The notes under the pieces were generated by a model that was not told where the DNA came from, did no database searches, and saw only the letters and a list, made by a program, of their open reading frames with translations. Of a stretch of 47,659 bases of DNA, positions 38,377-47,659 are shown piece after piece. Position 1 is the first letter of the stretch; each line of letters opens with the position of its first letter. Source of the DNA: Tubiluchus corallicola. Its lineage: Eukaryota > Animalia > Priapulida. The stretch lies in NCBI GenBank assembly GCA_030141605.1, contig JAQGDQ010000973.1:26706-74364 (forward strand). The letters run 5' to 3'. Both the position numbers and the translations under genes were made by a program.

Positions 38377-38646
38377 AGAAATAAAACAAAATTGAATTAA
38401 CTTAAACTGTTGGCAAGACTGCGAAAAGGCACCCGGGTGTGAGACTGAGAAATAAAATTAAATTAAATTAAATGGTTAGCAATGCTGCGTTGCTACAACA
38501 TGCGCCTAGATATGAGACTGAGAAATAAAGTAAAATTAAATTAAATTAAATTGTTAACAAGGCTGTTTTGCAACAACATGCGCCTGGATGTGGAATTGAG
38601 AAATAAAATAAAATTGAACTAAATTAAATTGTTAGCAAGGCTGCTT
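38377..38646. repeat. Degenerate 70-80 bp tandem repeat (GAGAAATAAAA..TTAAATTAAA..GTTAGCAAGGCTG), about 4 units
   Basis: Direct inspection. Confidence 0.75.
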
Positions 38647-38984
38647 TGATGTTAGACTGAAAGAGAATGCATAAAAATCACCAGTAAGTATAGCATACTG
38701 TACATTGATTCTGACATCGAATCGAATCAGAAACGTAATTTTTAATCACTAAGTAGGACTAGGAAAATTAATGCTGTTAGTTTGGTGGCGGCTGAACGGA
38801 CATACAAGTTGTTTACGTAAGAAAACTTAAATAAACAATGTATGACATCAACATAAACAAAAGATGCAGCAACCGATAGCGTTTGCTTGTATATACGAAA
38901 GTCATGTAGATGTCATTTATTACTATCCACGTGTCAAGCAAAATATCAACTAAACAGACTACGCAGTGCCTGTCAAGCGTACGC

Positions 38985-39357
38985 TCCCATTTTAAGATCT
39001 TGCTACTAAACTTTAGTAAGATGCGTATTATATTTGTGTAGTTTTTGAGATAGGTTGTAACTACTTAAATATTGAATTGGGGATTTGATAATTTAGTATA
39101 ATAATTTAACTGCATTTTTATGTTACTATACAGGTAACGTGCTTCATAACAACTTTGATTTTAGCTTTGATTTTAATACTCCTTGTTACATTACTGTAAG
39201 TAATGTTATGGGCACCGTGAAAACAGAATGAGTGACATGTAATATTGTAGAATTCACTCTAGTGTCTATATGTAAAATTGTATGGTGTTTATACACAAAT
39301 TTTTTCCTGCAAAAAGAAGTAAATTAAGACTCATCATCATCATCATCATCATCATCA

Positions 39358-39413
<56 letters not shown>

Positions 39414-39509
39414 CTACTCCTCCTCCTCATCATCATCATAATCGTCGTCACAATCATCGTCGTCGTCGTTGTCCTCCTCCTCCTCCTCCTCCTCCTCCTC
39501 CTCCTCATC

Positions 39510-39540
<31 letters not shown>

Positions 39541-39630
39541 CTATCATCATCATAACCGTTATCATCATCACTATCATCATCGTCATCATCGTCATCATCA
39601 TCATCATCATCACCATCATCGTCATCAACA
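38985..39630 (+). mobile_element. Second copy of the (ATC)n-tailed repeat with expanded ATC/GTC/CTC tail
   Basis: Matches 13090-13540; tail at 39332-39627. Confidence 0.6.
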
Positions 39631-39720
39631 TTTCATTTTAACTTGCATTATAAAAATTGTATTAAATTACGTTTAGACAGTGAATTTTACTTATGAAGCG
39701 CTGTCTGCAATGTATATTAA

Positions 39721-40523
39721 AGGAAAGAGCAAGCTTTTTAGGTGATTAGGCTTATTTCAATATTCGCGAAAAATGTTAGAAGGATTTAATAATAAAACTG
39801 CAATAAGCGCCTCGTGTAACCAGTGAAGTCACTTTAAAGTCGAGATCACTTCATGCTTGAACGCTCCCATTTTGAATACCCATTCTTCTTCCACTGACGT
39901 CATTCATGTAGAAGAAAAGTAGCGCACTGTCAATCTTCATCAAAAGTTTAATAAGTGTATACAAAAACATTAGATAGCTAATTTTGTAATATTTTTACAT
40001 GAACATTAGATGAGCTGCAGAAGTCTGAACTAGTTTATAATTTATAATTTATTAGGTGAAAGTTCATAAAAAAATTATATTAATTACAAAGTACCAGACA
40101 AAACAAATGAAAGTACATGATGGTACGCAGCACATTACCAAAACACAAATATGCTAACACAAATGCAAAAATACAAATACAAAACAAGAAAACAACATCA
40201 AACACTGATGTATGTCATAAACCAACTTCCCATACACAAAACACAAATACAAAAAACAACATCAAACACTGATGTATGTCACAAACCAACTTCTTCACAT
40301 ACACAGAAACGCACTAAAATTGATAACAACGTTAACAATCACATTTTATAATTACAAAATGAATGGCGTCAACCACCACGCCTAAATATTTCTATTCACA
40401 AATAGTTTACTTTAAATTTGTGCTTTATAGGCAGTTCCTTTGCAAATTTCTTCGTTACATTTTCCTAAGTTTAAGTGATAACAGTAACACAAACCCAACA
40501 TGCTGAGTGACTTTTTCTTTCCT
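39721..40523. mobile_element. Kolobok-like family K1 copy interrupted by a second repeat
   Basis: TTAA|AGGAAAGAGCAAG ... TTTCTTTCCT|TCAA; colinear with 5288-5859 except about 40035-40360, which matches about 2228-2470. Confidence 0.7.
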
Positions 40524-42309
40524 TCAATATCTCTGTAGTCTAAACACGTGACCTAAAAATGTTTATGTTGTTCATATTCGATGTTGTTGCAACATTTTAG
40601 TTAAACTAACTCTTTGTTATTGTTGATAACCTAGCAGTGAGTGAACTTGAAACTAGTGCAATCTTGTCCTAGACTTGCAACTAGTGCAATCTTGATCTAG
40701 GCTTGCATCTGCACACGTTTTGCACAGCGAAACTTTTCGTCTTACTATTTTCAACGGAAATTAATTTATTAAAACAAGATTTCTGAAGAAATTTAAACAA
40801 CAAATCATTTGTGCCAACGAAGATGTAAATAAACCGAAGCAACATCACGCAACATCAAAGGAACCGCCTCGCAGCTTCTCCGTTGGTTTCTGAATCTTTG
40901 GCTATGCTATCATATCATCCATAACTATTTGAGAAGCCATGAAGTTTCTGAGAAGCCACTCATTTGCCTATAATTAATAGGCGGAAACGAAAGATGCACA
41001 TTTTTATGCAGATACTATGTCGAATATACAGGCATATAGTGTTTTGCAAGATTTTTCTACATTATCGTAAGCTGACTTACGATACGTACGCAGTACAGAA
41101 AAAAAATTAGCAGTAGTATTAATAATTTTTAAAAAATACATCTAATATTATAATCTTATGCAATGCTAATATTATACGCATATATTTATTTGTTTATTCA
41201 AATTTCATAAGTTTCAAAATGTAACATATATATTTAAACATATTTATTCTAATTTTATTAGTTTCAAAATATGAAACAACTTTTAGACTATCTAAATGAA
41301 GCTTTGTAGAAACAAGAGTATATAAGTGTACTGGTAAATAAGTGCTCGTCCTAAGTTTTAAAGACCTATACGTTTAAAAGTTAGCAAATCTATGAACTGA
41401 AGTCAAGAGACTTATATGTCCATTAAAAACATAGTAAAACATATCGACAAAGTACAGAAAGTAAAATTACTGCTAAAAGTAGAAAATATATATAACGTTT
41501 TTTCAGTATAGTATAGTACTGTATGTCATATTTCATACTATATTTTGTATGAAATATATATCTTTCATACTATAATTACATAGGTTCATACGCCCTCAAC
41601 TTCATATGGTCATACGGCAAATAGTCCTTAGGAGCGGTAGTAAAAGTGCCCCACTCCCTTTACAACACCTATAATGATATAGTATCACATTCACATATTT
41701 TCTATAATTATGTAGCATACGAGCGACACAAGCAACCCACACAGTTTACAGCAGGTAATGGTATATTGCATCAGCATTTAACGCATAATATGAAGATGGT
41801 TATTGGACAATAATATCGATGAATTGTCCCCATAAAGTCATATAATTTTCATATCATTGCCAAACACGATGGGTTATGTTGAGTGACAACCCATTAAAAC
41901 TCCCATCTATGCAAGTTAAAGTGGCGTTTAACGTGTTAGAGTCTTGTGCTGTGAGATATAGCACGATTATCTATGACGCGGAACTTATTGCAAATACGGA
42001 TGGAAATTATAAGTGTTTATGAACACCAGGGTGCGCTATAGGTGCTGTTATGGCGAAACGTTGGCGTCTATTATGCCTGTGGTAAATTGGCTAAATTTAC
42101 TCCTAATGTCGGTAACTGTAATTGTTAAGTGCTACGCAAAGGAATTGCGTTTCCGTTCCGCATAAGGCAGATGTGGAAATCTTTGTGACAATAAGGAAAA
42201 TGGACTTTCTATTAATGCGAATTTTTACCGCATGTAGAAGAAGTCGGCTTATGTTATTTAGCGAAACAAATTTTGGAAGGAGTTTACAATTCCACACACA
42301 ATTTAAATA

Positions 42310-42700
42310 CCCTAATCCTGATCCAAACCTAATCCCAAACCCTAAACCTAACCCCAATCCTAACCCTAACCCTAATCCTAACCATAATCCAACTCTAACC
42401 CTAACCCCAATCCTAACCCTAACCCTAATCCTAATCCTAATCCAACCCTAACCCTAATTCTAATCCTAATCCCAACCCTGAACCTAACCCTAATTCTAAT
42501 CCTGACCCTAATCCAACCCTAACCCTAACCCTAACCCGAATGTTAATCCTAACCCTAATCCTAACCCTAATCCTAACCCTAATCCTAATCCTAACCCTAA
42601 ACCTAGCCCTAACCCGAATCCTAACCCTAACCCAACTCTAACCTTAACCCTAAGCCTAATCCTAATCCTAACCCTCACCCGAATGTTAATCCTAACCCTA
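42310..42700. repeat. Degenerate telomere-like (CCTAAC/CCTAAT)n array
   Basis: About 65 hexamers; TTAGGG/TTAGGA on the minus strand. Confidence 0.9.
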
Positions 42701-43019
42701 AGCCGCTTCTGGAACTAAATTCTTGCATGTTGGAAATTGTTTAGAAAACATGGCGTCAGTTCGAAGTAACAATCAGAGCATGCGTAGAACACTCTTCACT
42801 AACTAACCAAATGTTTAAATTACATTATATTGTCAATAAAATCAATAATATCAATAATGTGTTTTTGCTGAATCAGTAATGCACACTGGGATTGCGATGC
42901 AGCGCCGTTTTACCAGGTGCCGCGAATGTTTTAATTTATTAAAAATTTTCATTTATAATTACGTAAGCCTTTCAAACACGCCAGCGTAATTCCAAAAATA
43001 ATGTAACTTTGCATAGAAC

Positions 43020-43073
43020 AATAATAATAATAATGGTAGTAGTAGTGACAGTAGTGACAGTAGTAGTAGTAGT

Positions 43074-43135
<62 letters not shown>

Positions 43136-43181
43136 CAGCAGCAGCAGCAGCAGTAGCAGCAGTAGTAGTAGTGGTAGTAGT
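43020..43181. repeat. (AAT)/(AGT)/(AGC) microsatellite
   Basis: Direct inspection. Confidence 0.95.
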
Positions 43182-43976
43182 ACCTTTAGTAGTAAAGTAT
43201 GTGTGACATACTTTAAAAAAGCCTTTTATATTCGTTCCACAAATTCTAAATTGAATGGAACGTTATTCCTTAATAGCTCTATATGCGTTTGAATTAATAC
43301 AAGTCCTAAAACTTACTATGAAAAAATCGAAATTCATGAAAAAAAACTCGTAGCTGCAAGTATATTACTTTCAAGCGTTCACTTGTTATCTATATAGACC
43401 AATAAATTTCACACTGAAACCAAGATGGGTCTACTAATCGCGCCATTTTTCTCCGTATATTTATGGAGCAATATTTTATGACAATAGAGACCGAGGTTGA
43501 TTATATTCCAACACCTTGACGTCGAGTTTAGGATAAAATTTATCTTCGCGGCCATAATTTAAACGCGAAGCGGAAAACGCGCATAGATTCGGCACTAACT
43601 GCTCCGTTATGAACGTTTTGAAAAATAAAATTTCAAAAATCGAGCGAACAGCATGTAATAATCGATTTATGCTGGTAAATATAGTCTGTGTGTATCAAGA
43701 CTAGGTCTAATCCAATGCAGTATAGGTACGGATTAGGTTCTTACTGTGTAGAATGTCGATAGTTGAGTAACAATGGGAAAACAAAACTGTGCGTAATTAT
43801 AATAATAACGAAAAAATTAAAGGTAAATAAACCTTTTCCTCTGTTCCAGCGATTGATGGTGATCGTGAAAAGGTCAAAGGTTAAGTGTACCAGACAACGC
43901 ATTTGTGTACAACGCTTCTCAGCCCACGCTGACGTAATAGGTTTAACATCTAGCTAGAACCTTGATCAGTTCAGGA

Positions 43977-45467
<1,491 letters not shown>

Positions 45468-45490
45468 AACCGTACTACTAAACCACTACA

Positions 45491-45528
<38 letters not shown>

Positions 45529-46050
45529 TGAAATAGAAAAAACATTTCTATATAACGCTGTACAAAGATTGTGTTTAAAAAACAGAACTATATACTACCT
45601 AAACGCCATGAGTTAAATTTGCTAAGTATGGGCCTACATCTCGCAAAGTGGCTGTATATGTTCTGCATTTACAAAATTTAAACTTGCGTATGATTTTAAT
45701 AAAACAAAGTCGAAACTTGTAACCAAACTATCAGCGTTTTTTTCTAATCTTAGGGCAGCCATCATCATCATCCTCATCAACTGGAGGCAGCAGACTGATT
45801 GAGCAATCACAGGAGTAAACAATCAGGACCACCCAACCACGTCGGAAGCTGCAACTCACAAGATGAAATGGTATCATTAATCGTAGCGGTCACAGGGATT
45901 TACTCTAATTTATGAGTAAGACGACCGAATCTGGTGTATTTTACTCGACTCGAATTCCTTCTTAAAGGGGTGGTGTAAGTAAAACAGGGTGGCTGTGAAA
46001 AAAGAGTCGTGTCCTTTCTAATTATTTGGCTGTTTCTGACTGATGCTTAA

Positions 46051-46705
46051 AGCACAAGAAAACCATCCACTTACATAAAGCTTAAAAAATTGTTTCGAAA
46101 TTTTATACAACTTACATACTACCTTTTCGTATGCATGACTTGCATCGGCCGTAACGCTGTATAAAACGTGTAAATTTAAACTCCCGCGATGACCGTTAGG
46201 CGCAGCCATTTTAATCGTAGGTCGTTTGAAACAAGTTTTGATAACATTAAGTAAAGTTTGAAATAATAGCATTCGTAGCATATATGTTGCTAATTAAGTA
46301 AAATTTTAAATTACTGTATCTTGTCAATAAGATTAAAAATACTTTTTTGGGTTAGTGAGTGGTGCACCCTGGAAGGAGAGTCAGCGACATTTTACCAAAT
46401 TGCACAAACATTTTAAACTATTACTCTAGTTACATAAGTCTTTCCAGCAGGTAAGTGAAATGCTAAGTAATATAGATTTGCACGGAAAGTGTTTTGAGTC
46501 ATAATTTAACATTTCCTTTTCTTCCCCTGATTTACGTTTCCGTAGTGACGTCATGTAATGGAACAGTATTGCGGGAGATTTAAAATGAAAACAAACAAAA
46601 ATTCCTTTCAAGGCGAATGCGATATATGCATAAAATAGCTGTAAAGAAGTATAATTTTTCAATGTGATTTTTCTGAAACCTACTTCAGGTGACCCTTTTG
46701 TGCCT
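46051..46705. mobile_element. Kolobok-like family K2 copy (inverted)
   Basis: TTAA|AGCACAAGAAAA ... CCCTTTTGTGCCT|CTAA; reverse-complement similar to 33311-33976 along its length. Confidence 0.75.
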
Positions 46706-46877
46706 CTAAGTTGCCAAACAAATTTAGCCAATAACCTTAAAGGGAATTTTAAGTATTTGCTAAAAAAATTTCATGCAGTGGTGTTACTTAGCTTAATTGT
46801 TTGAAAAACGTATGCAACCGAAAAAGAAAATTCTTGATAATCTATAATATTCGCGCCAACTAATAAAACGTCACTGT

Positions 46878-47030
46878 ATCACCATCCCAGTGTGCACCAC
46901 TGATTCACCAACAGCATTAAATCACCATCCCAGTGTGCACCACTGATTCACCAACAGCATTAAATCACCATCCCAGTGTGCACCACTGATTCACCATCAG
47001 CATTAAATCACCATCCCAGTGTGCACTACT
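46878..47030. repeat. 43-bp tandem repeat, about 3.5 units, inside a K2 fragment
   Basis: ATCACCATCCCAGTGTGCAC at 46878, 46921, 46964 and 47007. Confidence 0.9.
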
Positions 47031-47659
47031 GGCTCACCAAGAACACACTGATCCTATTGACAATATAAGGTAATCTATATTTTTGCTTAGCTAGTGAGCA
47101 GTGTGATACGAACGCTCTGATTTTTTTCAAACTTTACGTAATGTTAGGTAAACTTGTTTGAAAAGACTTGCAGTTAAAATGGCTGTGCTAACTTTACGTA
47201 AACTAACTAATACTGTTTCAAATATTCATATTTTATGTCGCGTAAATGCACGTGTAAATGTACGCATACGTTTATATAGCGTTATTGCCGACGCAAGCTC
47301 TGTATGCAAAAAGGCAGCGTGTACGCAACACAAAATTTCAAGACGAATCTTGGAAGCTTTTATTTGTGAAAAGTGCTTTATTGTCCTGTATAAAATGGGA
47401 TTTATCCATACATGTGTATAGTTGTTATTACTTACTGTGTAAATTTGACACAGTTTGTACGTAACGTGAAAGTTCACATAGAGGTCAAAAATTTCAAAAA
47501 GTGACCTACAGAATTGTGACTTCGTAACTTTTCGTGAGCGCATCGTGCCTTTCCGTAACTGATTCGAATTTCTGCAGCTTACCTAATGTTCACACAAAAA
47601 TATTAACTTTATAATTCTTTTGTAAAAATTTGTTGTACTTCTGATGAAAGATTGACAAT

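Noticed and set aside
42701-42722. Minus-strand I*FQKR resembling IWFQNR
   Set aside because: Stop in place of Trp, no upstream helix similarity, runs into telomere-like repeats.

Overview
AT-rich, microsatellite- and MITE-rich animal genomic DNA that looks like part of an invertebrate Hox cluster. Two strongly supported functional elements are both on the minus strand. (1) Exon 1 of a central-class (Antp/Ubx/Lox/PG6-8-like) Hox gene at 17583-17157: N-terminal MSSYF motif, LYPWM hexapeptide, phase-1 GT donor. I could not find its homeobox exon in the 17 kb downstream. (2) A well-formed miR-10-family hairpin at about 35688-35772 (5p arm UACCCUGUAGAACCGAGUCUGU), about 18 kb upstream of that gene. 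It differs from canonical miR-10 in its 3' half and lies upstream of a gene that does not look like Hox4. The rest is candidate Hox/Pbx/Cdx-site enhancer islands, TTAA-flanked non-autonomous transposons (Kolobok-like and piggyBac-like), a palindromic MITE family, internally deleted RTE retroelements (one with an 18-bp TSD), several minisatellites (including a 17-bp foldback array and an E-box-bearing 56-bp array) and long microsatellites. Nearly all other ORFs in the track are repeat artefacts. All comparisons were made by eye; family assignments come from recalled consensus features, not database searches.
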